Shown here: piece by piece, positions 42,865 through 53,093 of the stretch
Layout of the letters: every line of letters begins with the position of its first letter
How positions within the stretch are numbered: the first letter of the stretch is position 1
Source: an uncultured Rivularia sp.
GTDB lineage: Bacteria; Cyanobacteriota; Cyanobacteriia; Cyanobacteriales; Nostocaceae
Reading direction: 5' to 3'
Assembly: GCA_963665115.1 (NCBI GenBank)
Contig: OY762007.1
Location: forward strand, 6,208,001-6,272,000
Length of the DNA: 64,000 bases
Translations under genes and position numbers: made by a program
Notes under the pieces: generated by a model
The model's database searches: none
The model's input: the letters and a program-made list of their open reading frames with translations, nothing else
What the model was told of the DNA's origin: nothing

Positions 42865-43173
42865 CTATGAAAAACAGTATTGGCATTTATTTAGAACATA
42901 ATTTGCAATAAGTTCATTCGTTTCAAGGTCATATATAGGAATACTCTTTCCTTCAGTAAAAAAATGAATTGGAATAGTCCCAATATTATTAAGACCAATA
43001 AATTTACTCAAGTCCGCATACGCTAAATTATGAGAACCCCAAAAATTATCCCAACCTACACGATGCAGTTCGCCAGTATTAGGATTAAGAATGTACTCAA
43101 AACCTATTTCTTGAAATTCTCGATAAACACGAAAATTTTCGAGTCTTCTTCCAAAGAGTTTTAGATTGTTCAT
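42865..43173 (-). CDS. Hypothetical protein
   Basis: 102-aa ORF; YILNPNTGELH motif and C-terminal CQYC. Confidence 0.6.
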   Translation of the reverse strand: MNNLKLFGRRLENFRVYREFQEIGFEYILNPNTGELHRVGWDNFWGSHNLAYADLSKFIGLNNIGTIPIHFFTEGKSIPIYDLETNELIANYVLNKCQYCFS

Positions 43174-43218
43174 CTAAATATTATATTGCTTACAGTACAA
43201 TTATACTGATATTATTTT

Positions 43219-43839
43219 TTATGACAATATAAATATAAAAGTCAAATTTATTCTTTCTTCTAACTGTTTAGAAGTTTTTGCTATTTGATGATGCCAAAAG
43301 TGCTGTGTAGAGCCTTTCATAATCAGAAAGCTACCATTTGTTAAAGAAACTTTAACCTTATCTAAATCTTTTCGATGTTTGTGTTTAAGTTGAAAACTTC
43401 TTGTTTCTCCAAAACTTACTGACCCGATAACAGGATTGTTTCCTAATTCTTTTTCATCATCACTATGCCAAGAGACATAATCTTTTCCACCACGGTAAAG
43501 ATTTATTAGGACACTATTGAATTTTACTTTAGTATTTTCTTCAATTCTATTTTTTATTGTAAGTAATTCAGGTGTCCAAGGTTCGGGATTCATATTAATC
43601 CCTGAATATTTATAAGCTTTACCTTCATCTCCATACCAAGCTGTTAATCTAGGTAAACTAAATTCTTTGCCAAACATTTTCATCTTGTCTTGTCGCCAAC
43701 TTAAGCTATTCCTTAGCTTTTTGAACAACTGTTTACTTTCTGACTCTTCAAAAAAATCTCGGTAGATAATTACCTCTGCATCTGGCATAGGTTTACAATC
43801 CGGCATTAGTATACTCTTTGGTTGTTTTGAAAGCTTCAC
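43219..43839 (-). CDS. AlkB-family 2OG-Fe(II) dioxygenase
   Basis: PRLTAWYG, NSVLINLYRGGKDYVSWHSDDE, WHHQI, RINLTF. Confidence 0.92.
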   Translation of the reverse strand: MKLSKQPKSILMPDCKPMPDAEVIIYRDFFEESESKQLFKKLRNSLSWRQDKMKMFGKEFSLPRLTAWYGDEGKAYKYSGINMNPEPWTPELLTIKNRIEENTKVKFNSVLINLYRGGKDYVSWHSDDEKELGNNPVIGSVSFGETRSFQLKHKHRKDLDKVKVSLTNGSFLIMKGSTQHFWHHQIAKTSKQLEERINLTFIFILS

Positions 43840-44009
43840 TTCAGGATTGAATAATAAATCAAGACTTAACTATTCTCCAATCTCATTTGACATGATAAAC
43901 CCTAGCTCTTCAATATTAGTTAGATAGCATATGTCATAAAAATTCTTTGATACCTATCGATAGAGTAATTATCGTTATTTTGATACTCCGAGGTTGCAAT
44001 AAAAGTCTC

Positions 44010-45266
44010 TCACCCACGCATCACAAACGCTGCAATTAAACTTAAAGCCAAAGCGCTTAACAAAATAGTTGCACACCACCTACCCAGCAACCACCCACCA
44101 ATAAATGTGGCTAGTACTGCTTTGAATAAAGTATTTACCATTGCAGCAATTAGAATTCCTGTCGCAGCAATCTCAAGCGATAAATTTTCACGAGTCGCTT
44201 GCGCTAAAGATAAACTCACCGTGTCTACATCAGCAATTCCAGAAATTGCTGCAAGTATGTAGATACCTGTATCTCCAAAAAATGTTTGAGCAGCACGCAC
44301 AAGCACAAACAAAACACTCAAAACGGCAGCAAAGCCTAAAGCTGCCCCTAATTCAACAGGATTTTTCAACTTTACTTCTGCTGATGATACATTTTGAGTC
44401 GTTCTAATTGCGATTGCTACCGTTGCAATCAGAGGGACAATTGCCAGCAATCCAATTGAAACTATTAGCAAAGGAAGTAAAGAAGGATTAACAATTCCGA
44501 TTTCAATCAGCAACCTTACAGCCATAATACCGCCTGCGAGGGAAATTCCCGCACCCAGTAAAGCTAAATTATCCCGTTCTTTACGCGCTATTCTGGCATA
44601 AGCGAGCGTCACCGCAGTTGATGATACTAATCCACCTATTACCGCAGTTGCTAACAAACCAACGCGGCTGCCAAGGATACGCATTGCAAAGTAGCCAATA
44701 TATGATATACCTGCAATTAAAAGTACTATCCAGCCAATTGTTCTGGGATTCAATGTTTCCCAAGGACCAATATTACGATTTGGAAGTAGAGGAAGCGCTA
44801 CAGTTGCCACTATCAATAGTTGCAGTGTAGCAATTAATTCTCGCCGCTCTAATTGATTAAGAATAGAGTGGATTTCCTGCTTGTATCCTAATAATGCAGC
44901 TACAACTACAGCACTAGCAACCGCTTCTCCTTCAAGTCCACTCCCTGCTAATCCTCCTAAAACAAAGGTAATCAACAATGATAGTTCTGTGGTAATGCCG
45001 AAATCTTGAGAACCTTTGGCGCTGATGCGATAGGAAAAAGCTACTATCAATACCAGCCCCAAAAATGTTCCGACTAAAATATTCGCGCCGAATTTACCTG
45101 CTAAAAGTGCCGACAACCCACCAAAAAGCCCGACGAAAGCAAAGCTTCTCACTCCGGCAGTTCGAGAACCTTGAGGAGTATCTCGACTTTGCCAACCTCG
45201 TTCCATACCGATAATTAAACCGATTGCAAGGGCGATAGCCAATCTAAATGTAGTTGTAATATTCAT
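44010..45266 (-). CDS. MgtC/SapB + DUF4010 membrane protein
   Basis: LAIGLIIGMERG, AGVRSF, GITTE, GGLVSSTAVT, SGIADVD. Confidence 0.9.
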   Translation of the reverse strand: MNITTTFRLAIALAIGLIIGMERGWQSRDTPQGSRTAGVRSFAFVGLFGGLSALLAGKFGANILVGTFLGLVLIVAFSYRISAKGSQDFGITTELSLLITFVLGGLAGSGLEGEAVASAVVVAALLGYKQEIHSILNQLERRELIATLQLLIVATVALPLLPNRNIGPWETLNPRTIGWIVLLIAGISYIGYFAMRILGSRVGLLATAVIGGLVSSTAVTLAYARIARKERDNLALLGAGISLAGGIMAVRLLIEIGIVNPSLLPLLIVSIGLLAIVPLIATVAIAIRTTQNVSSAEVKLKNPVELGAALGFAAVLSVLFVLVRAAQTFFGDTGIYILAAISGIADVDTVSLSLAQATRENLSLEIAATGILIAAMVNTLFKAVLATFIGGWLLGRWCATILLSALALSLIAAFVMRG

Positions 45267-45297
45267 GGATCGTCATGAATCAAGCCCCGGTAATTTT

Positions 45298-45408
45298 TTA
45301 AAAAGCTGGAATACTAGTTAAAGCCAATGCTAGCAATACGAATACAATTAGTATGCTAAGTCTGAGCGTCGTGTATTTAATGACATCAGTTACAGAAATG
45401 TCAAACAT
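45298..45408 (-). CDS. Unannotated 36-aa single-TM small protein
   Basis: MFDISVTDVIKYTTLRLSILIVFVLLALALTSIPAF*; GGAGGTG RBS; same strand, between the psbU-like gene and mgtC. Confidence 0.65.
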   Translation of the reverse strand: MFDISVTDVIKYTTLRLSILIVFVLLALALTSIPAF

Positions 45409-45558
45409 GGTTTCACCTCCATAGCAGCTTTGTAGTAAGATTTGAGGTTTTTTATAACTAATAGCTGCCTATATCTTTATTGTCTCCTACAAGCAAAGCT
45501 TTACAAAGCCAAAAGTAATATTTCTTAGCCGTTTAGCTGTAGAAGTATTGGATTATTA

Positions 45559-45957
45559 TCATTTCCGCAAAGCTGGTCTGGGAGGCATCCTCATTGCTGG
45601 ACGCATTATTGGCGGTGTTACTTCAAAATTAACTAGCTCGGATTTGAGTAGTTCTTTTTGACGTTCGCTCAATTCTGGAATTTCTAAAACATCTTCAACT
45701 TTTTCGTAGGGACTGTTGAGAACAATCTTTTTTGCAAGATTTGGATAAAAACCTCTGCAATCCTGAAAAGCGATAATATTGGCATTATTTAAATCAATTT
45801 TGGTTTCAAATTCAGGACATGATTTTTCTACATCAACTAATGGTAGTTCTGATGCGAGTGCTTGTATACCTGATGATGGTTGAGGGATAGCAATAATTAT
45901 CAGGCAGATTATGAATATTAAGCTCAATAAAGCTAAGCTACGAATTATGTTTTTCAT
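45559..45957 (-). CDS. psbU: Photosystem II extrinsic PsbU paralog
   Basis: Signal peptide; KIDLNNANI.AF...RGFYPNLA..IV.NSPYEKVEDVL.IP.LSERQK; divergent Pro/Met-rich C-terminus. Confidence 0.85.
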   Translation of the reverse strand: MKNIIRSLALLSLIFIICLIIIAIPQPSSGIQALASELPLVDVEKSCPEFETKIDLNNANIIAFQDCRGFYPNLAKKIVLNSPYEKVEDVLEIPELSERQKELLKSELVNFEVTPPIMRPAMRMPPRPALRK

Positions 45958-46015
45958 CGTTATCTCCCATTTTTAAGCTGACTAATTAGCTCTAAATCTC
46001 AAGTTAAAAAAATAA

Positions 46016-46033
46016 TGTGAGTAAATTGTGAGG
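46016..46033 (-). promoter_or_regulatory. Direct-repeat box 14 (upstream of the psbU-like gene)
   Basis: CCTCACAATTTACTCACA-N9-TAACTT on the minus strand. Confidence 0.8.
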
Positions 46034-46072
46034 AAGATTTAAATCCCGAATGTAAAAATTTTTAAGTTATAT

Positions 46073-46090
46073 CCTCACAAGAAACTCACA
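46073..46090 (+). promoter_or_regulatory. Direct-repeat box 15 (upstream of GH65-pgmB)
   Basis: CCTCACAAGAAACTCACA-N9-TATTAA. Confidence 0.7.
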
Positions 46091-46188
46091 ATTGTTTGGT
46101 ATTAAGAAAAAATCTATATTTAACTGTTTAACTGGCATTATCAAAATTAATTTGAATCTTATAAATACCAACAATAGCCTGAATACCA

Positions 46189-49068
46189 ATGGACAAAAAT
46201 ATATTAGACCCCCATTTACGTTACGAAGATTGGATTCTGACCGAAAAATATTTCGACCCCGAACAACTTAACTATAAAGAAACTGTATTTACCATTGGTA
46301 ACGGTTATCTGGGTACGCGAGGAAGTTTTGAGGAAGGATATCCCGGTGCAGTAGCTGCTACTTTAATTAATGGGGTTTATGATGATGTTCCGCTTTACTA
46401 TACAGAACTTGTTAACTGTCCTGATTGGCTGCCCTTATATATTATTATCGATGACGAAGAATTTCGTTTAGATAAAGGAGAATTGTTTAATTACCAGCGT
46501 CAGCTAGACTTGAAACAAGGTATTCTAAGCCGTAAAATTGGCTGGCGCAGTCCGAATGGTAAAACAATCGACCTTCATTTTGAACGCTTTGCCAGTTTTG
46601 CAGACCAAAATGTTTTAGGATTACGCATTCAACTGACACCGATTGATTTTGAGGGTACGATTCGGATTCGCGGTAGTATTGATGGTAATCCTGAAGATAA
46701 TGATGGATTCAATCCCTGGTTAATTCTCGACCAAGATTATAGTGAAGCTAGTTCTTGTTTGCTAGTTAGGACTAGAACTTCTCGAATTGAATTGGGAATG
46801 GCATTTAAATTAGTAATATCTGGAACGAAACCCAGATTTAGAGATATAAGCGTTCCCGGTTTTCCCACGGTAGAAGCAAAGTTTGATGTTGTTCGAGGAG
46901 TTACCGTTACTGTAGAAAAATTAGTTACAGTTTTTACTTCACGAGACATCGAACATCCAATTCAAGCTGCTTGCGATAAGTTGCAGAAACTACCAAGCTA
47001 CGAAGATTTACGAAACCATCACGAACAAGCTTGGGAGAAAATATGGCATCACAGCGATATTGTAATAGAAGGAAGCGCTCAGGCTCAACTAGTTTTACGC
47101 TACAATCTTTTCCAACTATTAATTAGCGCTCCCCGTCATGACGATAGAGTTAGTGTTCCTGCCAAAACTTTATCTGGCTTCGGATATCGCGGTCATATAT
47201 TTTGGGATACAGAATTTTTTATACTGCCCTTTTTCCTGTTTACTCAACCTGATATTGCTCGTAATTTACTCAGCTACCGCTACCATACTTTGGAAGGAGC
47301 GCGACGCAAAGCAAAATATAACGGTTATCGTGGTGCAATGTATGCTTGGGAAAGCGCTGCAACCGGCGACGAAGTAACTCCGAGATGGGCACCAGCAAAG
47401 CATTTATATGAAGAAGATATTCGCATTTGGTGTCGCGATCGCGAAATTCACATTAGTTCTGATATTAGTATTGCAGCTTGGTTATACTGGCAGGTTACGA
47501 ACGATGATGAGTGGATGCGCGATTGTGGTGCAGAGATTATTCTCGATACAGCTTTGTTTTGGGGTAGCAGGGTTTATCTTGATGTGAAGCGCGAGTGTTA
47601 CTCTATTCTTGATGTAATTGGTCCCGATGAGTATCACGAAAATATAGATAATAATGCTTTTACCAATAGAATGGTGCAATGGCATTTGCAAATAGCTCTT
47701 GATATATACGATTGGCTAAAGACAAAATTCCCCAACAAAGCCACAGAATTAGAGGAAAAGCTACAATTAACTGAAAAAAGACGTTGGCGTTGGCTAGATA
47801 TTGCCGAAAATCTTTTTATTCCTTTTGATTCAAAAACGGGACTTATTGAACAGTTTGAAGGCTTTTTTAAATTAGAAAATGTCAACCTTGCCGATTACGA
47901 ACCTCGTACCGATTCAATGTTATCGATTTTGGGAATCAAGGAAATTAACAAGCGGCAGATTCTCAAGCAACCAGACGTATTGATGCTACTTTACTTGATG
48001 GAAAGAACTGCCGAAACTGATTATGGTAGAGAAGTTCTGAGAAAAAACTGGGATTATTACGCACCCCGTACCGACATTACTTATGGTTCTTCTTTAGGTC
48101 CTGCGATTCACGGACTTGTTGCAGCTTCTTTAGGTAATACGGGTGAGGCTTACGAAAATTTTAGATTAGCTGCACTGGTAGATTTAGAAAATACGCGAGG
48201 TAATGCAGATGAAGGAATTCATGCTGCATCCTGCGGTAGTATTTGGCAGGCTGTAATTTTCGGGGTTGCGGGTATCCAATTTACTAAAAATGGTCCTGTA
48301 GCCAAACCTAACTTACCACCTACTTGGAAACGTTTGCAATTTAAGCTTTTCTGGCGAGGTGATTGGCATTCCTTTGACTTAAAGCCAAAAGTAAGCAGCG
48401 TTAAATCGGAAATTAAAGGCTTTATTTTTGATTTAGATGGCGTACTTACGGATACAGCAGAATTCCATTACCAAGCTTGGCAAAAACTAGCAGACGAAGA
48501 AGGTATTCCTTTCAACCGCGAAGCTAACGAAGCATTACGGGGAATTTCTCGTCGAGATTCATTAATGAAAATAATAGGAAACAGAAAATACTCAGAGTCG
48601 CAAATCCAGGAGATGATGGAGCGCAAGAACCGCTACTATGTAGAATTTATTGAGCAAATAACACCAAAGGATTTATTACCAGGGGCGAGTGAATTAATAG
48701 AAGAATTGCGCTCCAAAGGAATTAAAATTGCGATTGGTTCGGGAAGTAAAAACGCTCGTACAGTAATCGAAAAATTGGGAATTGCTCCGAAGCTGGATGC
48801 AATTGCTGATGGTAACAGCGTCAAACGTTCTAAACCTGCACCAGATTTATTTTTATATGCTGCAAGTCAGTTAGGATTGGAACCGGAAGATTGCGTGGTG
48901 GTAGAAGATGCAGCTTCTGGAGTTGAAGCAGCACTTGCTGGAGGAATGAGAACTATAGGTATTGGTTCAGATGAAAGAGTTGGTGCTGCTCAAATTATTT
49001 TACCAAATTTAGAGGGTGCTACCTTCAAGAATATTCAGCATAAATTTAGTTTTTGTTTAGCGGATTAA
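46189..49068 (+). CDS. GH65 disaccharide phosphorylase fused to beta-phosphoglucomutase (HAD)
   Basis: TIGNGYLGTRG, GHIFWDTE, GPDEYHE, KQPDV, YGSSL; C-terminal FDLDGVLTDTAEFH...KPAPD...VEDA. Confidence 0.93.
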   Translation: MDKNILDPHLRYEDWILTEKYFDPEQLNYKETVFTIGNGYLGTRGSFEEGYPGAVAATLINGVYDDVPLYYTELVNCPDWLPLYIIIDDEEFRLDKGELFNYQRQLDLKQGILSRKIGWRSPNGKTIDLHFERFASFADQNVLGLRIQLTPIDFEGTIRIRGSIDGNPEDNDGFNPWLILDQDYSEASSCLLVRTRTSRIELGMAFKLVISGTKPRFRDISVPGFPTVEAKFDVVRGVTVTVEKLVTVFTSRDIEHPIQAACDKLQKLPSYEDLRNHHEQAWEKIWHHSDIVIEGSAQAQLVLRYNLFQLLISAPRHDDRVSVPAKTLSGFGYRGHIFWDTEFFILPFFLFTQPDIARNLLSYRYHTLEGARRKAKYNGYRGAMYAWESAATGDEVTPRWAPAKHLYEEDIRIWCRDREIHISSDISIAAWLYWQVTNDDEWMRDCGAEIILDTALFWGSRVYLDVKRECYSILDVIGPDEYHENIDNNAFTNRMVQWHLQIALDIYDWLKTKFPNKATELEEKLQLTEKRRWRWLDIAENLFIPFDSKTGLIEQFEGFFKLENVNLADYEPRTDSMLSILGIKEINKRQILKQPDVLMLLYLMERTAETDYGREVLRKNWDYYAPRTDITYGSSLGPAIHGLVAASLGNTGEAYENFRLAALVDLENTRGNADEGIHAASCGSIWQAVIFGVAGIQFTKNGPVAKPNLPPTWKRLQFKLFWRGDWHSFDLKPKVSSVKSEIKGFIFDLDGVLTDTAEFHYQAWQKLADEEGIPFNREANEALRGISRRDSLMKIIGNRKYSESQIQEMMERKNRYYVEFIEQITPKDLLPGASELIEELRSKGIKIAIGSGSKNARTVIEKLGIAPKLDAIADGNSVKRSKPAPDLFLYAASQLGLEPEDCVVVEDAASGVEAALAGGMRTIGIGSDERVGAAQIILPNLEGATFKNIQHKFSFCLAD

Positions 49069-49124
49069 TTTATCAATAATTGGAGTGTTGTTTAAATAGT
49101 AGTTTAATTTAAACAAATATACTC

Positions 49125-49215
49125 AGGACTTACGCACGGACTACGTGTTTACGTCATTACGAGCGAAGAGAAGTAATCGCAAAGCTCTATTTTCCGTTAC
49201 GAGTGCGTAAGTCCT
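49125..49215. mobile_element. MITE-like element
   Basis: Terminal inverted repeats AGGACTTACGCAC / GTGCGTAAGTCCT; internal GTCATTACGAGCGA shared with the element at 31065. Confidence 0.65.
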
Positions 49216-49231
49216 AATACTTTTTAATATC

Positions 49232-49249
49232 CCTCACAGCTTCCTCACA
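49232..49249 (+). promoter_or_regulatory. Direct-repeat box 16
   Basis: CCTCACAGCTTCCTCACA-N9-TATTCT. Confidence 0.8.
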
Positions 49250-49397
49250 ATTTATCTTTATTCTTAATATTGAAGATTAATAAACGCTTATAATACTTAA
49301 TTTTTCAGCGACATTACAAATTAAATTATCATTCACTGGTATGGAATTTACGAACAAAAAACTACTGTTGTACTAAATATTCAATAAGGAGTATAAG

Positions 49398-49691
49398 ATG
49401 AAAACACAAGCTAAATATACACTTGCAGACCTATATAAAATCAAACAAATTAAAAGCGAGATTCAAGATTTGCGAGAACAACTTTCAGAAATTGACAGCG
49501 AAATTGACAGAAAAGAACAAGATAAGACTAATTTAGAACGGAGTAAGAAAACGAATCCTTTTCAAGAATGGTTAGATGAGCATGATGACGCTCATATTGA
49601 ACCAGCAGAAGAAGATAAAGAAAAACTATGGGGAAACTATATACTTGTCATCCTACTCGTTTTTTATCTTGTTCTCATCAGTTTTCTATAA
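49398..49691 (+). CDS. Hypothetical coiled-coil protein with C-terminal TM anchor
   Basis: TAAGGAG RBS; heptad-like N-half; hydrophobic tail. Confidence 0.7.
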   Translation: MKTQAKYTLADLYKIKQIKSEIQDLREQLSEIDSEIDRKEQDKTNLERSKKTNPFQEWLDEHDDAHIEPAEEDKEKLWGNYILVILLVFYLVLISFL

Positions 49692-50077
49692 AACGTAATG
49701 ATGATTTCTGGTCTACCCAAAACTCTACCAGATTTAAATTGTTTTTATATGATTGGGCAATGGGTAGAACCGGGTGGAAGTGTTCCAGTAGTCGCCATGT
49801 CGGGACGCAATATTATCCAGCAAATTTGTCATGAAGATAACAAAGCATTTGAGGTAGATAAACAATAAACTTGCTGCTATTTAATAAAGGATGAATAATA
49901 GTTATCGATATTTGTAAAAAATGTAAATAAATAAGTTTCTTTTAAGCATTAAATTCGTAACTAAGCTAATATTAAAGTGTAAGCAGTAATTGATGAATGG
50001 AAATAATTAAAGTAATTAACAAAGCACATTCATTTTTACTTATCTTACGGGAATTATATATATAGGAGGTCGAGGTT

Positions 50078-50458
50078 ATGCTGCGCGAACGTTTAACCGT
50101 GATTCCTGAAGAAAAAGCTAATATTCTCCCAGATGACAAATCTCTCACCCGCGAAATCAACTTACAAGACACTAATGAAGTGATGACAGAGTTGATGCGT
50201 GTTTTGGTGTTCCACGATTTTAAGACGATGGATGCTGACCCAACTCGTTGGGCTATGCAAGGAGGTTTGATAAAAGCAGGTCAACGAAATCCTCACAAAA
50301 TACAAGCATTCGTCAACATTGGTGCATCGGACAATATATTCGTGCAAATTGAGATTGTTTGCATACCCGAAAATCCAATGATTCTTGTAAAAGGCAAGTT
50401 CAAAACTACAGAAGTTTTGGAAATGATTCGCAATTTACCTTATTTTCCTCGGGACTAA
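50078..50458 (+). CDS. Hypothetical protein
   Basis: 126-aa ORF with AGGAGG/GAGG RBS. Confidence 0.65.
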   Translation: MLRERLTVIPEEKANILPDDKSLTREINLQDTNEVMTELMRVLVFHDFKTMDADPTRWAMQGGLIKAGQRNPHKIQAFVNIGASDNIFVQIEIVCIPENPMILVKGKFKTTEVLEMIRNLPYFPRD

Positions 50459-50668
50459 AATAAGGTCTGATATCTTGTAATTTTAAGCAGGATATACATG
50501 ACTTATGTAGAGACGCTACATCTAAAAACGTCTCTACACAATTAAATTTGCATTCAAAATTGATCGAGACCCATGCAAGCTAATTTGTCTTGGTAAAACT
50601 GGTTTTTTAGTTACATTTAATTTTACATAAAATAAATAATATATCCAAAAAAATATCTTTATAAAGAG

Positions 50669-51340
50669 GTGATTTATGTGTTACACAGCAAAAATAGAAA
50701 GAATTTAGGTCTTTTAGGTATCGCTTTACTTATTGGTCTAATTATTCCCGCTTGTTCGGATTATTTACTTGCAAAATCAACTGTCCAGAAACAAGAACTT
50801 AAGCCCAGTGTTTGCCAAATTTCTTTAGAGAAAAGGTCTTCTAAGAAGTCAACACTCACAGCCTGCAATCCAAGGAAACCAACTAAAATTACACGTACTT
50901 GTGATGTAGGTGCTTTTGTGATTGATAAAGATCCAAAAGGTTTGAATGTACGTAGCGGTCCGGGTACTAAGTATAGAATAATTGACAAGCTGCCCACTAT
51001 TTACAAAATAGCACCTGTTGAGGTGAGAATTGCAGCTTCTGTCGGTAACTGGGTAATGATTACCGAAGCAAGAGATCCAGCAGAAGGCAAAATTGAATTT
51101 CAAGGACGTGGATGGGTTTATGCGCCATTGTTAGGCACGATTACAGGAGGTCAGTCAGGTATTTGGGGATATACTCAACCAAACAAAAATAGTCCGAAAT
51201 TAGTAGCAACACTACCGTCAACAACAATTGTGAAGCTCAATGCGTGCAATGGAAAATGGGTCAAAATTGAACACGGAAATAGAAAAGCTTGGCTTGCACC
51301 ACAGGATTACTGCCCGACTGTAATTACCAGATGTAGCTGA
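50669..51340 (+). CDS. Exported SH3-domain protein
   Basis: DKDPKGLNVRSGPGT.Y...GNWV...GWV; second SH3-like unit; ends YCP..ITRCS. Confidence 0.75.
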   Translation: MIYVLHSKNRKNLGLLGIALLIGLIIPACSDYLLAKSTVQKQELKPSVCQISLEKRSSKKSTLTACNPRKPTKITRTCDVGAFVIDKDPKGLNVRSGPGTKYRIIDKLPTIYKIAPVEVRIAASVGNWVMITEARDPAEGKIEFQGRGWVYAPLLGTITGGQSGIWGYTQPNKNSPKLVATLPSTTIVKLNACNGKWVKIEHGNRKAWLAPQDYCPTVITRCS

Positions 51341-51498
51341 GTGAATTGCAAATCAGATGCTTAAGAAACAAGCTTCTCAAAAATAGGAAAAAAGCACAAT
51401 CTTTAATCTCAACGATAAAATCCTCTTTAACTGATACCAATTAAGGTACTTTGATAAGGAGGATTTAGATATATCAAATTAAACAAGCCCTGAATAAG

Positions 51499-52362
51499 AT
51501 GAATAATAATTTAACAAACCAATCTCAAAGCGATAAAAAATTTTCATTACTGACATATTTACTGATAGTATTTGCAATTTCTTGGCCTTTTCAAGCATTT
51601 ATATTTTTCTTCCCTGAAGCGCTTTGGGCTTCCAAAATGCTTTTAGTTTCTATGATTATGGTAACAGTTGGCACCTTTATTGCAGGTAAGTATGTATTTC
51701 GAGATACATTTAGAGATGCGGGATGGAATTGGGGAAAACCCAAGTATTATTTAATAGTATTTGCTCTTCCAGTTATTGTTTGGGTATTTCCACAATTTAT
51801 AACAATATTATTGGGTATGCAAACATTGCCAGAAAGCTTTAATATATTTAATGCAATCACATTATTTTTACAATCATTTACCATTACATTAATTCCTGCT
51901 TTTGGAGAAGAATTTGGATGGAGAGGTTATTTATTGCCTCGTTTACTTTTGAAGCATTCCATCAAAAAAGCACTCATTATACAGGCGTTTATCTGGTGGG
52001 GATGGCATTTACCAGTTTTGATATTTGCAGGTATTAATACTCCAATAGTTAAGGAAAATATTATTCTTTCAATAATAATTATTTTAGCAATAAGTATAGT
52101 ACCTTCAATGATGCACGCAGTCATCTTTTCTTATTTTTGGTCTGCCTCTTCAAGTTTGCTTGTTGCAACGATTTACCATGCAGCATTTGATGAGGTAAGA
52201 GACACTGTTGAAAATATTGTAAGTCTTGGATCTTTGGCTCAACTTTGGCAAATGTTATTGTTAACTTTTATAGGAGCAATATTGCTTTGGAAGGGTAAAT
52301 GGAAAAAATTGGAAAACAGAAAAAATGCTATTGCGAAACCTGTACATTACTCGCATTCTTAA
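51499..52362 (+). CDS. CPBP/Abi family intramembrane metalloprotease
   Basis: FGEEFGWRGYL, WWGWHLP, YHAAFD. Confidence 0.9.
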   Translation: MNNNLTNQSQSDKKFSLLTYLLIVFAISWPFQAFIFFFPEALWASKMLLVSMIMVTVGTFIAGKYVFRDTFRDAGWNWGKPKYYLIVFALPVIVWVFPQFITILLGMQTLPESFNIFNAITLFLQSFTITLIPAFGEEFGWRGYLLPRLLLKHSIKKALIIQAFIWWGWHLPVLIFAGINTPIVKENIILSIIIILAISIVPSMMHAVIFSYFWSASSSLLVATIYHAAFDEVRDTVENIVSLGSLAQLWQMLLLTFIGAILLWKGKWKKLENRKNAIAKPVHYSHS

Positions 52363-52413
52363 CAGTCATTTTTTGAGAATAAAGAAATTTTTCACTATTT
52401 ATTACCTTTAGAG

Positions 52414-52746
52414 TCAGTTTAATTGAGAATCAATAAAGTTACAGGCTTCTGTATTTCCATGCTGACAAGATTGGATTAAGAAAATTTCTTCATCTACGGT
52501 AATTATGCTATTTTTATCTTGGTTTGAATTAATAATCGTCTGAGTAGTAGCCCCTTGTTTATAAAGATTATTTTCCACGCTTTTAAGATAACGTTCTCTA
52601 TTGTTCCGCCAATTTTGCCGGGAGATTCGGTTTGTTAATCCGCTATCTTCAGCTACGGGAGGAATTTCGTCTGTGGGAGTATTTGACGAACAACTTGTAA
52701 TTGAAATTACGAGCAATGCAAGTCCTAAAATAGATATAGTTCTCAC
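52414..52746 (-). CDS. Putative lipoprotein
   Basis: Hydrophobic stretch plus ITSC lipobox; likely GTG start near 52746 after AGGAGG. Confidence 0.6.
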   Translation of the reverse strand: MRTISILGLALLVISITSCSSNTPTDEIPPVAEDSGLTNRISRQNWRNNRERYLKSVENNLYKQGATTQTIINSNQDKNSIITVDEEIFLIQSCQHGNTEACNFIDSQLN

Positions 52747-52845
52747 TTCAAACACCTCCTGACTTGAAAGTATCTGAATCAAGGTATTGCATAATTCAAG
52801 TATGAATTGAATTATGTAATCCTTGAAAATGTTATTTTTAAGTAA

Positions 52846-52983
52846 TTAAGAAAATTTGACGGGCACAGGTACCAAAACAACATCTTTGTTCAGTCCAGGT
52901 AATACAGGTAAGTTTTCTTTTGCTGGTGAGCCTTTATTTTTTCTTTCAGCATTTTTGAGAATAAAAATCAATAAGTTAATCAT
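52846..52983 (-). CDS. Unannotated 45-aa small protein
   Basis: MINLLIFILKNAERKNKGSPAKENLPVLPGLNKDVVLVPVPVKFS*; GGAGG RBS; first ORF after box 17. Confidence 0.7.
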   Translation of the reverse strand: MINLLIFILKNAERKNKGSPAKENLPVLPGLNKDVVLVPVPVKFS

Positions 52984-53093
52984 ATATACCTCCACAAAGA
53001 TATACTATTGTTCCGCAAACAAATATATAATAAGTCCTGTTTGAGAAAGCGTTCTACTTAGGGCTTATCTATATTTAAATATTAAGATAATAA

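Noticed and set aside
49628..50172. ORFs 49628..49834 and 49972..50172
   Set aside because: They overlap better-supported genes and show no recognisable motifs.
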